Source: Neocallimastix sp. 'constans' (Eukaryota). Taken from it: a DNA stretch of 64,000 nucleotides. Position 1 is the first letter of the stretch. Every line of letters starts with the position of its first letter. Of the stretch, positions 11,701 to 23,648 are shown one piece after another. The notes beneath the pieces were generated by a model. The model was not told the DNA's origin and did not search any database. It saw only the letters and a list, made by a program, of their open reading frames with translations. The stretch lies in NCBI GenBank assembly GCA_050613775.1, contig JBODTK010000107.1, positions 62,001-126,000 of the forward strand, written 5' to 3'. The position numbers and the translations under genes are program-made.

Positions 11701-12912
11701 TAATGGATTTATATAATTTCATTTTGAGTTTTTGCAAATTAAATATTTTCTGCGACATATGAAAAAAAGATTTTCGAACTTCTGAAATTGACGTGATATT
11801 AAGTTCCTTAGCAATATTGAATGAAGTTGAAATAAATTTCTTTGAAATATCATCAATACTAATATTAGGATCTGGAATCACTTCCTCTAATACACTAAAA
11901 TAGTTGTTGTCAAAAATTGATTCTTTTTCATTTATACATTTTAATCTATCCCATTTAACTGTCTTTTTAGGCAGAGAGAAAGAATTATCTGAATTAACTG
12001 ATGAAAAACATTTACCTTTTATTAATAAAGGTTTATGATCCGAAATGGGGGGAAAGTCAATAAAAGTACCATATGAAAGTAAATCTAACATATGATCATT
12101 GACAATCGCATGATCTATATCAGATTCTCTATTACCTCTACTCCATGAAATTGGGGAGCCCCATAAGGGAAGAATTTTCCAATTACTAAATTTAGAGAGC
12201 AAATTACTTAATTTCTCAGTAGGTAAATTAAAATCACCAACCAACATTGAAGGATGAGAAGAGTGACTATTTAACCAAGACAATATTTCAATTCTAGCAG
12301 CTCTAGCATGAAGGCTATGGCCACTATGAGGTACGTACACATTACCAATAGAACATTTAGTGAAATTCCAAAAATTATAAGTATACAAGGAAATAATATA
12401 CTCATAAGTGTTGTTTTCAAGAGAGGCTTGACAAGAATTATGAAACCCAATATAAAGACCTCTTTTACCGGGAATTTCATTATTAGCTTTTTTGAAGAAA
12501 TGTTTGTAGTTTTTTAATGATACTCGACATGGATATTTACTGCTAGAACCTGAACCATTTCCTGTTTCCTGAAAGCATAAGAAAAGTGGTTTGTACATTG
12601 AAATAAAGAATTCAACACTGTCTTTTTTATCAAAGTTCCATCCATTAGTATTCCAACTGACACATAGAGAAAATTCTTTAACTGTATTATTATTAATATG
12701 AGTGTTATTAATATTATTGGAATTATTATAATTGATTGAACTGAAATTTGAATTTGAATCTGAGCTTGAAACTGAATTTAAACATAAATTTGAAATTGAA
12801 CTTGAACTTGTACTTGAACTTGAACTTGAACTTGAACTTGAACTTGTACTTGAACTTGTACTTGAACTTGAACTTGAAATTGTACTTGAACTTGGACTTG
12901 AACTTGAACTTG
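8757..12912 (-). mobile_element. Non-LTR retrotransposon (LINE), near-intact, 5'-truncated, with 3' UTR, AATAAA and poly(A) tail
   Basis: One long APE-RT-CCHC frame. On the minus strand AATAAA lies about 22 nt before an A-run (T-run at 8757-8773 on +). The 5' end falls within an open Ser-rich reading frame with no ATG. Confidence 0.93.
9056..12598 (-). CDS. LINE ORF2-type polyprotein: APE endonuclease, reverse transcriptase and C-terminal CCHC zinc knuckle. The frame is open upstream to ~12912; the true C-terminus is probably at 9003 after a frameshift
   Basis: APE: upstream in-frame SWNTNG, CFQET, GNVYVP, VGDFN, SDIDH, SDHKP. RT: KASGPDGIP, NYRGISL, EQFGF, FLDLKKAYDSV, GVRQGCPLSPILFN, LFADD, YTYLG. 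Zinc knuckle: CPCCKSNKQWISHWLIDC. Confidence 0.95.
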   Translation of the reverse strand: MYKPLFLCFQETGNGSGSSSKYPCRVSLKNYKHFFKKANNEIPGKRGLYIGFHNSCQASLENNTYEYIISLYTYNFWNFTKCSIGNVYVPHSGHSLHARAARIEILSWLNSHSSHPSMLVGDFNLPTEKLSNLLSKFSNWKILPLWGSPISWSRGNRESDIDHAIVNDHMLDLLSYGTFIDFPPISDHKPLLIKGKCFSSVNSDNSFSLPKKTVKWDRLKCINEKESIFDNNYFSVLEEVIPDPNISIDDISKKFISTSFNIAKELNITSISEVRKSFFHMSQKIFNLQKLKMKLYKSIKRRGSYHNLDEFEELIDKYNRMCKIIHHMCNIYRKTEYQHWINTGCEYMKSHNPKKAWKWLKTTANVDKFKNMSNSPVKDKNGKLATSTKEQLEVWHNHYKKLASSHSDINSALIEWYNKFSNGTFRYTRHNEWDINQDISIEEIREAILATPNFKASGPDGIPIEFYKALIPPDDENSVNNSSSGLNCLQKIYSRIWNGEFPSSWNEESIISIPKKGDDLSDCDNYRGISLINNGIKLISKIVSKRISEYGLKNNFIRPEQFGFSTKEECVSLFISIREICQRRNNDNKETYLAFLDLKKAYDSVPIGNILYKLDALGIRGKCYQFIKNLYLTSKASVKIDNQYSESFNIMKGVRQGCPLSPILFNLFINDIFNDVSELGIPLGESRCCGGLFADDIVLCAPSRTKLKKMLKKVNEWAKFNMMNFGINKCATMVIRPDTPLFQNKRDPTFYLAGQPIPITKCYTYLGIPFDKSLSLKPIIKLLNSKVTKALFSVSKFLSNSKIPIPFKKIIINSYVLSKVSYFAPLLGSNKTRTNNTQKLINKGLRWIAGIQKAKSFINVYSISKDLHIPPLSAKCALSQVKCFDKWKNSNCIISYLVNNIPKSRKYTWTKESRTLKRKLEKRGNKDNKIKDFYWKRDMKINSIKAEFYDKNKFEETSKFIKLCYDYPDLSYGFYWLLRARSGYRLDARIAKAAKIVDQMCPNFCPCCKSNKQWISHWLIDCPFFNHTRSKVNDKILFLYNAFYRGNLTNDIVNSNNDNSNSNNSNSNNSNSNNSYSNISNSIFSNVSNSIENNVYVDSSVCEKVFHFLLGGRSINNSTREWKDLFKCQMKSGAYSDTPFLVVTAALLQSIIPIASNGLCSIGSNRIVLLLPRASMLKKQ

Positions 12913-12914
12913 AA
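12795..12914. repeat. (CTTGAA)n hexamer repeat; encodes poly-Ser (TCA AGT) on the minus strand, in frame with the LINE ORF
   Basis: About 20 units with cttgta/cttgga variants. There is no stop between the repeat and Met 12598. Confidence 0.9.
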
Positions 12915-13113
12915 AAAAAAAAAATAATGGTATAAAGTATTCTAGTTTCATTTAATTAATATCTCTAAGACTTCACAAGAGCATTATTATACTGAAGTAT
13001 AATAATTAATTTTGACTTCACAATGTTAATCATAATTTTAAGATACAAAATTATGATCTTCATTGGTTGCGCTAGCCCTTCTGGCCTGTCTTACCGTTTC
13101 TTAAGTATTGACG
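12913..13113 (-). mobile_element. 3' fragment of the same LINE family (ORF end + partial 3' UTR); direct repeat of 8886-9078
   Basis: Close by-eye match, with scattered substitutions only, from aaaataatggtataaagtattctag to ctagcccttctggcctgtcttac...attgacg. Confidence 0.92.
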
Positions 13114-13226
13114 AAAATAATAATAAAATTACATGAAAATCCATGCCTTATCATTTCAACATCGACGCTCTTTGTAACAGTAGATTCAACGGAATACCAT
13201 TTCATCATTAGTCTAAAAGAACGACA
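13114..13226 (-). mobile_element. Short 3' fragment of another LINE family
   Basis: Translates RSFRLMMKWYSVESTVTKSVDVEMIRHG, matching the TKSVNAE..RQ C-terminal motif. Confidence 0.6.
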
Positions 13227-13250
13227 AATTAATGGTATAATTTTAATTAA

Positions 13251-13300
<50 letters not shown>

Positions 13301-13486
13301 TATTACGAAATATATATCAATAATATATTTTTAAAAAAAAAAAATAATAAAAAGATACCAAATATAATATAAAATATTTAACTTTTTAAAATTTATTTTT
13401 GTTACTTTATTGGCTTTTTTTTGTTTTTGTTTTTGTTTTTGATTTATTTTATTTATTCAACTATTTTTAAAATCCTTATAATTTAG

Positions 13487-13526
<40 letters not shown>

Positions 13527-13949
13527 TTTTTTTCTTTATAATTTGGTCCTTTTTTTTTTTTTTATAAAATTTATTTATTTTATATTTTATTTTATTTACT
13601 AATTCTTATGTCATATTATTTTTTTTTGCCTTTATTATTAAAAAAAAAATATTTAAAAATATTTTATTTTGTCTTTATTACTTATAAAATATTTAGAAAT
13701 TTTATTATTTCTAAAATATATTAAAAATAATATTAATTTATTTAACTTCTAATTTATTCTTTCATTTTTTATTTTTTATTTTTTTTATTTTTTTAAAATA
13801 AAAAAAAATTTGTTATTTTACTTTCTTATATATATATATAAATAATATATATATATATATTAACTTCATATTTCATAAATTATACACAATAAAATAAAAA
13901 TAAAAATAATTAAATAAATTAATTTATTTATATTTTTATTTTAATTCAT

Positions 13950-16900
13950 TTACTTCTTCTTGCTGCTCTTCTTAGCCTTTGGATCAACTTCATCAGCAAT
14001 GTATTCTAATTTAATTTTAATTGTACCACCTTTTGAAATTGGATAATCATTTTCAACAGTTTTGTTTTCAGTTGTAGAGAAACTATTATGTTCAGTAATT
14101 TGAACTTCACCAAGAGTCTTAGATGACATAAGGTTGTTATGATCTTTAATAATTAAAGTTATATTCTGGTTTAGGACTTCACCAAGATTAACCTTAAATT
14201 GTTCATTCCAAGTAGGGGCTAAGGTCTTCTTAATAGTCTTTGTCTTTCCAATTTCCTTTTTACCTCTCATAATCTTTACATATGGATCACTTGAGCCTGA
14301 AGAATCAGCAGCAAGTATATCGTTAGCTGAAATAACATGAATATGTAACATTCCGTAAGATTCGGAAGCACCAGACACAGACATTCTACGGTTATTACCT
14401 TCATCACCACTAAGAACACTATCTGGGTAATCACTACTAACAACACTAACATTATCATCAGTTGTCTTATCAACTGCTGTAGCTTCTGGTTTTTTGGATG
14501 GTGGCATTTGACCTAAACCATCATTAATTTCAGAAGCTTCTTCTTCAGTCATATTTTGTGGTTGCTGTTGAGCTTCATTCTTTGATTCGGAATTTTTACT
14601 CTTATTGCTCTTAAAGGTTTTACTCAATCCGCTAGCAATACCAGAAACAACTGAAGATGGAGCTTTAACTACACCTTTAGCAACACTAATACCACCTTTA
14701 GCAACATTATTAATGACTTTAGCAGGAGCACCAGATTCAGAAGACTTTTCTTTACTTTGCTTTGAATCATAAACTCTTTGTGGTATGAAGTCAAGAATTA
14801 AATTAACATGACCTTTTTTTGTTTCTTTGTTGAAAATTTCCACTCTATATGTTGACTGTTTGCCTTTTTCTGTGTTTATGTTAGCAAGTGGTAAAACTCC
14901 AGTACCAATAATAGTTTTTGATTCTATTTTATTCCAATCATATACCTCTAAAACTAATCGAGCATTATAACGAGAATATATGTTAACATCAAATCTTTCG
15001 TTCCATATTGGTTTTAACGTTTTCTTTTGTTCCTTTGTTTTGTATATCTCGTTTCCATTCAACTTGAATATAACGAATGGATCACTAGTACCACTAGAAT
15101 CCATGGCATCCACCTCTCCATCATCAACATTAACAGTTAAAACTCCCATATTTGGCAAATAATCTACTGGTGGAATAATTATATTAATAGGAGCATAACC
15201 AAATGCTAATTTAATAGCTGGAAGACTATCTTCATTTTCTGTTGAGTCAGACTTTTTAGTGAACCATACACTCTTATTTAAGTTGCTAGCAATATCATTT
15301 AATTCAAATTGAAGAGCAAGTAAAGAAGTATCACTTTCCGAAGGTCCACTCTCCTTAGCACGAATACGAATATTAACTAATAATTTATTATGAATTATAT
15401 TCATAATAAAACCTTCAATAATTTCATCCCATACAGGAGCGTTTGACTTTATAACGGATGATCTATGGAAAATATCACCTGGTCTGTTATCAAAGGAAAA
15501 TTCAGTATAGGCACAACTACCAACTCTTAAATTCTTAGCTTCTTCAAGTTTTATTCTAAGAATACCTGAAACGTTATTTTCACTAATATTTTTAAGTTCA
15601 GAACTTGAAATACCCATTTGACTGGCAGTAAACATACTAAATCCTCTACCAGACATACTTGTACCACTAATTTTTGGTCTACGTTTTTCAACTTCTGTTC
15701 CTGATTTAGTTTCCTCAGAATTGTCAGTTTTAACTTCAGTACTTTTAGTTTCCTTTGAACTTGGAACAGAAATTGGGAAGTATTGAATTTCAAAAATAAA
15801 CTCTCCTTGAGTTGTAGCATTCTTTTGTTGTTTTTCAAATAAAGATGAAGTAACATTAAATCTTCCATCTTCCAATTTTTTAACTTTTGGCAAATTTTTA
15901 TCCAATTTTTTAAATTCATCAGTTGGAACAACCTCTTCGGAAATATTATCACAAATATCCTTAATGTAATATTCTACTGATCCTAATTTTTTATCACTAT
16001 TAATATTGTTGTAATCATAGATTTCAAACTTAACACGATCATTACGAGATTGAATAATGGCATAGAAAGATTCATCCCAAACAGGATTAATGGTATTGTC
16101 AATAACCACAGTTTGACCAATTGATCTTCCAGAAACAAATAATTTTGTATATGGATCAGATAAACCAAGAGTATCAGCCTTTTTAAGATTGTTTGCATTC
16201 TTAATATTAATTCTACAGACACCGATGGCTGGACTATTTTCATTTTCTTCAACCATTTTAACTGGGAACCAATCAAAACCAAAACGAACACGACCTTTTG
16301 GAGTATCTGTAATTTCTAGCCAATCGTCATTTGGATTTTCGAGAAGATATTTCATAGTTGGCTTAATCTTGAACCTTAAATTACCAATTACTGGATCAGA
16401 ACCTATACTATTCTTATCTTTAACAGTAAGTTTCAAGGTAGCAGTATTAATATTTTTAACATAAATTTCTCGAGTTTCAGAGAAGACAGGATTGTTAGTT
16501 CTTTTCTTTGCTTCAGTTTTTATAAGTTCTTCATGATTAATTTCAACAATAGCATATGGATTTGCTCTTGAACCTTTTTTCTTTTCCAAATCCTTCATGG
16601 CATATAAATGAACTCGAAGTACACCAGAACGATATTCATCTAAGTTTTCAGTTTCATTAGACTGTTCGGTATTTTCTGCCTCATTGTTCTCAGTAGCATC
16701 TTCAGTGCTTTTTGGTTTTTCTTCGGATTCCTGAGCTTTTGGTGCTTCTCCTGGCTTTTGAACTGGATGATAAGAAACTTGAATATTAATACTTCCAGCG
16801 TCTTTACCTTCTAATTTTAATGGAATATTTCTAATTAAATAATTTTTGATAATATAAAATATTAGAATTATATCTATTGTCAATAATTTTTTATGTATGT

Positions 16901-18885
16901 ATTTTGTATATAATTTATTAAATTATAATATTTCAAATTACAAAAAAAATAATCACTTTTAAATATATTTACTACTTATAAATTGTAAAATAAACTTTTT
17001 ATTTTATTAACTACTATTTTATTTTTATTTTTTACTTCTTTTTTTTTTATTAATTATTACCATATTAATTAACTAAATATATCTATAATTTTTTTTAAAA
17101 TTTTAAATTTATTTTTAATATTATGATTAAACATTCACACACTATATAAATTTAACACTTCTTAATAAATAATAGCTTTACTTACGTTACTTCTCCAGTT
17201 CTTGGATCACCCCACTGTTTAATAATACGTTCTCTATCTTCTGGAGTTAACTTCTTCTTACTCTTCGCAACAGGAGTAGTTGGAATAGCTTCCTTTTTTT
17301 CACCATTTTCATTAACTTGTTCTTCATTACCTTCATTCAACGCCTCTTCTTCAAGTTCATCAATTAACTTAGCAAATTCAGATAATTTCAAAATTTCAGA
17401 TCTACCCATTAACTTATCCGCAGTCTTATTCTTATCGTAAACTTCGAAATTAATATTGTCTGATCCAATAAAGGAATCACGAATAACATTAAGAGGAATG
17501 ATAAGATTTTTGGTTTCATTCCAGAATGGATTAAGACTTCAAATAATATTAAAAAATTAAAATTATTACATTTGCATTAAATTCAAATTAATATTCAAAA
17601 TTATATATATATTTATACTTACTCATTTTCAACATTCTTTGTTCTTGCAATTTCATTACCACCTAAATTCATTCTAAGATATGGATCAGAAGTATTACCA
17701 AGTTTTCCAATATTCTTTAATCCTCTACCTTCCATTAAGTTAATCTTCAATACACCAGTTGGGTCATCTTTTTTATGAATATTTTATATATATTAAAATT
17801 TATTTCATTATTAATAAATAATTGAAAATAATAATTATAAATAAATTATCTATCGCTCAATAATGGCCAAAAACAAAGCTATATCACTTACCATGAGAAG
17901 TAGCCTTTAACATATTTTCAAGATCTAAATCGAATGTAGTTGGATTCAATGCAATTTCCTTAAGAACAGTCTTAATAGTAATATCCGTTATTTCTTGAAC
18001 ACCTGGAATACTCATTAAATCTATTCCTACAAGTGGTTTTAATGTACATGAAAGTTTTGGTGGCTCCATGAAACTAACAGAAGCTGTCTTAACGAATGGA
18101 TAAGTATGTGTGAACCTAACTCGTAAAAGTATCTTTCCTTCGAATAATAAGTTAGCTACATTAATGTTTAATGGAACTTGGAACTTATCATTACCAACAA
18201 ATGCTGTAGCTTGAATTTCAGTAGTTCTTTTGTTGTCATCATATTTATTTTCTTCAGCAGTAACTGGAACAAAGGAAGCATGCCAAATCATTTGCATTTC
18301 TTCTTGTTCAAGATTTTCATCAAAGGTTTCAACTGATTCTAAACGTGGAGCTTCAGAACCAAGATTAAATTTAGTTAATCTAATAGAATGTAAAAAAGGG
18401 GGGCATTTATCCTTTAAAATTCCATCAACAATGTCAGGAACCATTTCAGTAGCTACTGGTTCAATAGTACCCCAAATCTTTTGTAATAAAAAGTTTAACC
18501 ATTCAATTGATTCTTGGTTTGTGTTTAAGGATGGTTTTTGCGCTTCAGCTCTCATTTTCATTTCATATTTTTTTGTTAAAACTCTACCGACAAAAGCATA
18601 AATTAGTGAAAAGAAGCAAATGTTCAGGAACACATATGCAATTGAGAGACCCATTCTTGTTATAAGCCATGATAAGAAAATTGCAGTTAATAAAACTATA
18701 ACTTGAATTAATGATTCCATATAAATAAGATAATCAATAACAGAAGGCTTTAATAAAAATTCTTCAACCTTCTTTAATAAATCATTAAAGACTTCCTTAT
18801 CTGTCAAAGATCTTTTAACTTCTTCAACTTTTTTTTCCTCTCCAATTACTTTAACAGGACTGAACTTTACCTTATATTTATCCAT
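13950..18885 (-). CDS. TCB: Tricalbin / extended synaptotagmin (TM hairpin, SMP domain, multiple C2 domains). Exons 18885-17892, 17767-17623, 17536-17186, 16830-13950
   Basis: A hydrophobic hairpin is followed by SMP motifs ESIEWLNFLLQKIW, LTKFNLGSEAP and DLMSIPG. Repeated C2 motifs include SDPY/SDPF, LNPFWNE, INPVWDE, LKPIWNE and LAPTWNE, ending in a basic tail KAKKSSKKK. All three introns are GT-AG with consistent phases. Confidence 0.93.
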
Positions 18886-20051
18886 TATGAATTTTATTTA
18901 TTGTGTAATTTTGTGAAATTTTCAGCTATTAGTATATCTAATTTTTCCTTTATTATTCTTATTATTTATCCAACTAATTGATATATTAATAAAATAAAAT
19001 TATATTAAAACACAAAAATTAATATTTTTATTTCTTTTTAAACATAATTTTTATATTAAACTTAAATTTTATATATCTATTATTATATGAATAAAATAGC
19101 AATGATTTCAGAAATATTTATTTATTTTTTTCTATTTTATTTTATAAATTAATTATATATACTTTTATATTTCAATTTAACAAATTTTTTAATATATTAA
19201 TTTTCTTTTGTTTATGTTTAGATCAAATGTTAACTATATATAATTAATTCTTTATTAATTTTTTATAATGTTTATTTAAAGAATAAATGAAACTATAAAT
19301 TTTAAAATATTTTACTACATATATTTCATTACCACATATTATAACTATTTATATAGTTTCTGTTAAAATATAAAATTATAAATTTTTGATTTACATACCC
19401 CAAATACTTTATTTATAGCATACAAATAGAATGAATAAATATATTATTATTTTCTTAAAATTATTATAAATTTTAATAATAATACAATATTATAAGAATA
19501 CTTTAAAGTGAAGAAAAAAATAAAAATTATTAAAAAAAAAAGAAGAAAATTTGTATTTAAATACTACTATATATATTTTTAGGTGAATAATTTAGAATAT
19601 TTATTATAATATTATGTTGATATATTTATATGAAATATTAAATACAATAGTTATATTAATGTACTATATATTAAATATAATTCAACTATATTTGTATTTG
19701 TATTATTAACATTTTACTAATAAATGATAAAACTAAATACATTCAACAAAAAAAAGTATAATTAGTAATATTTTATAATATTTTTGTATTTTAATTAAAA
19801 TTTAAAATGGATTAATAAGGTAATCCTATTTAATTTTTTTATTATATATTTAATTCATTAATTGATAAATAATAATAATAATATTAAAAAATGCATTATA
19901 TAATAATATTTCATAATGATAAATCAAACTAATATATTTTAAAATATATTATTATATATTATTTAATAATTGATAAAATGGATTTTCCATTTTTTATTTT
20001 TTAAATGATAATAATAATTAATATAAATTTTAAAATATTTAATTGTATTGC

Positions 20052-20084
<33 letters not shown>

Positions 20085-21799
20085 GGCAATAATTATATTA
20101 TTTTTTAATTATCTAAACTAATGAAAAAAAAAAAAAAAAGAAAGCTTTCATAATTGATAGCAATAAATATTGTTCAAAGAATACTTTTTAAAAATTCTTA
20201 TTGTAATATTATTATATTTCAATAATATATATATATATTTTAAATATTAATTTTATATTATAGATAATTAGATAATAAAATAATAAATAATTAAACATAT
20301 ATTAAAAAATAATAATAAAAACAAATAATAATTAATAAATAATAGATTATATATTTTATGAAAAAGTTTATATTGTGGCTTATTTATACTTATATTACAT
20401 TTTATTGCATTAATTGAATGTTGTACACTTTGGATATTTAAAAATGTGGCAATATTTGTTTAAGCATCAAATAAATAAATTTAATAATTTAGATTTATAA
20501 TTGAATAACAGAAAAATATTAATCATAAATATGTAAATGTAAATTATATTATATATGTTAATAATTTAATGTAAAATAATTAAATTTATCATCTACATGA
20601 AATAGTTTTATATTCACCTGAAATAAATAGTTATTATTATCATTATTATCAAAGTAATTTATTTAGTTATTAATTATTTATATATTTATTTATTAATTAG
20701 GAAATTATTGATATTGTCAAAAGAATAAATTGTTAATATTATAATAATTGTTAAGAGTTGTGAAATATGGGTTTATAATTATGTCAATTTTATTAATATG
20801 TTTTATGATAATGAGTTAAATAGCACTTAATTATTATAAATTAAATGCTTTTATATTAATACATTGTGGCTTATACATTATTTATATTACAATATGCTTC
20901 AATACATTTGTAATTTTTTTTCATATATTTCACATATATGATAATAATAAAAAGTAATTATAATAAATAAGATTTTAAATATCTTATATATTAATATTTA
21001 TTTAAAATATAAATTTAGAATTAAAATAATTGATCATATAAAAATATTTAATTATTTACAAAGTAATTTTTTATAATTTTATATCATTTAAATCAAATAA
21101 GAATCAATGGAGAATTTTTAAATATTATATATTATACTTAATTATCATTTATTATTATCTATATATAGAAATATTAATAAAATATTATTTTAAAAAATGT
21201 TCTTATATATTTGAAAACCCAGATTATATACTAAATAAATAAATATAATAAATTCATGTTTAAAATTTTTTTTTTTTATTTCAATATTTTTTAATTAATA
21301 TATAACTCGTATATTAAATCTTATTTAAATAAAAATATATTAATTTTTTTTGCTTTATTTTATTACTAAAATGTAATAATAACAACTATAGAATTTTACT
21401 AAAATAAAAATTATAGGCTATATAAATATTCAGGGTTTATAAATAGGGGAATTCGAAATTGCTTTTTAATAAATATAATCTTATCCGAAAAAAGAAATAT
21501 AATCATTTAATAAGGTTATGATAATCATATAAATTAAAGTAATAATAAAATGAAAATATAATGATTTTTATTATTAATAAGAGAATTAATAAAAATTTGT
21601 TAATAACTAAATCTGAGAGAAAAAAAAGTAAAATCTAATTTATTGTTGCTATAATATAATGTGTTGAAGTAATAAAAAATTTAATTTATTTAATCCCCTG
21701 ATTTATTTGACAAATTCAAGTTTTTCTTTCGACGCAATTATTAACTTCTAGTTCATTTCCAATATCATTCCTTTATTTATATACTTATAAAGTTTTATC

Positions 21800-22850
21800 A
21801 ATTTCATTATATAAACTTAATACTAAGATTACAATAGAAGATACTAAAGTAGACCTGATTGAAAATTATGGTGATAAAAATAATATACCTGATATTCCAA
21901 TAATTCCTGAAACGAATAATTTCTATTTTCACATAAGAATTTAAAATTTTATTTTCTTTTACATAATTATTAAAATAAAGAAAATATTTAGTGAGAAAGA
22001 AGTATTAATCAAATCTATAATTTATTAAACTTATGGTGGTTTAAAACAAATATTAAAAGTAGTAGTTGTTAAATGACGATCAATCAATATATATTGATGA
22101 TAATGAAAAAGATATAACGACCTTTGAATAATCACACACATAAGGTTCAAAAAAAAAAAAAAAAAAAAGAAAAGAAAAGAATTAAATTATTTTACATTCA
22201 CTTTTATATTACTTCTACTAATCGTTGGTTATAATTACCTTATATTAAACAAAATATTATATAAAAAAGTTTTTATATTTTTGCTTTTCTTAACAATTTA
22301 CAATATATTAATTTTTCATATTGGCAAAGATAAACTAAATACCTTAAATGATGAAAATTTTTATTTAAAAGCATTTAAAGAATTTCATCAATTAAGGTTG
22401 ATTTGTTTAGCTAATCATTCTCTAATAGTAATAAATTCTTATATAAAAATTTTTAATTAATTAAAAATAATCGTTCAGTGGAAAGCTTGAAATGAAGTTT
22501 AGAAAAAAGGCATTTTGTTCCTTCTGAAGTACATTTTAATTGCTGGTATTTCTTTAAAAATAATTAAAATTAATTTATCTTTCTGAAATTTCATTTGTTC
22601 AAAAGTTCCAGTAAATTTCAAAGGAAGATTAAGAAGAAAAGATAGAACTTTAGGAGTTTAGAAATTCAAAATTAAAGAAAAATGGTTTTACTATTTTACT
22701 AAACGATATAGATATTATATAAAATTTATTTGTATAAAAAAAAATACTTTAAAAAAATTATCAAAATTCTTCATTACTTGTATGAGTCCACAAGATTTTA
22801 TTGGTCGCTGCTGTTCTTATAAAAATAGTTTTTCTGTTTTATTTTGAACA
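21800..22850 (+). pseudogene. Probable highly decayed Mutator/MULE-type transposase relic
   Basis: Locally richer sequence with MULE-like motif remnants in the expected order: NNHTH (~22127), DENFYLKAFKEFHQL (22350; cf. DGTF..P..F.QL), FVPSEVHF (22514) and NFKGRLRRKDRTLGV (22614; cf. HF.QA..RK...LG). No intact ORF. Confidence 0.4.
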
Positions 22851-22880
22851 TAGACTTTAAATATTAAAACATATAATTAC

Positions 22881-22911
<31 letters not shown>

Positions 22912-23394
22912 ATATGTAAATCATTAATTAATTAATTAATTATGATAGTCAAAATTAAACATAAAACATTTATATAAATGATTATTGCTATTACCTTCTT
23001 CCATCATTACGTATGTTAGTAATTTTATATAAAAATAGAATTTTTATTTGATAATAATATAAATATTATTATTTAAATATATAAATATTTATTAAAATAA
23101 TTATTAAAAATTATATATATAAATAATTAAAAATTATATATATAAATAATTTTTAATAAAATATAAAACTTTATATAGAGAGAAAATAAAAATAGAAATA
23201 AAAATAAAAAATAAAAATAAAAAATTCTATAAATAAAATGTCAAATTATTTGATTAAAATTATAATTATGTACTTGAAAAATTAATTTTTATTAATTGAT
23301 TATGAAATAAAAACTAAATTTATGATGTCTTCCTTCCTTTCTTTCTTTCTTTTATTTTTATTTTATTTTATTTGTTTTATTATTATTGTTTAGC

Positions 23395-23435
<41 letters not shown>

Positions 23436-23648
23436 TAAATGGAAAAATAATTTTTATATTTATTTAGTTTTCTTTTAATAAATAATTTTTATATTTATTT
23501 AATTTTCTTTTAATTTACACAAATATATATATATATTTATTTTTGACATTAAATATGATTTGGAATAATACTAAATTTTGATTGTTTAATATAAATAAAA
23601 TTAAAGGATTCTAATTGTCAATTTACATTGAAATTAATATATATATAA

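Noticed and set aside
12732..12935. Leu-Glu repeat protein on the + strand
   Set aside because: It is the antisense reading of the (TCAAGT)n Ser tract of the LINE frame.
8886..13113. LTR retrotransposon interpretation of the ~190-bp direct repeats
   Set aside because: No gag, protease or integrase, no TG...CA ends and no PBS/PPT. The ORF is APE-RT with a poly(A) tail, and the repeats are LINE 3' ends.
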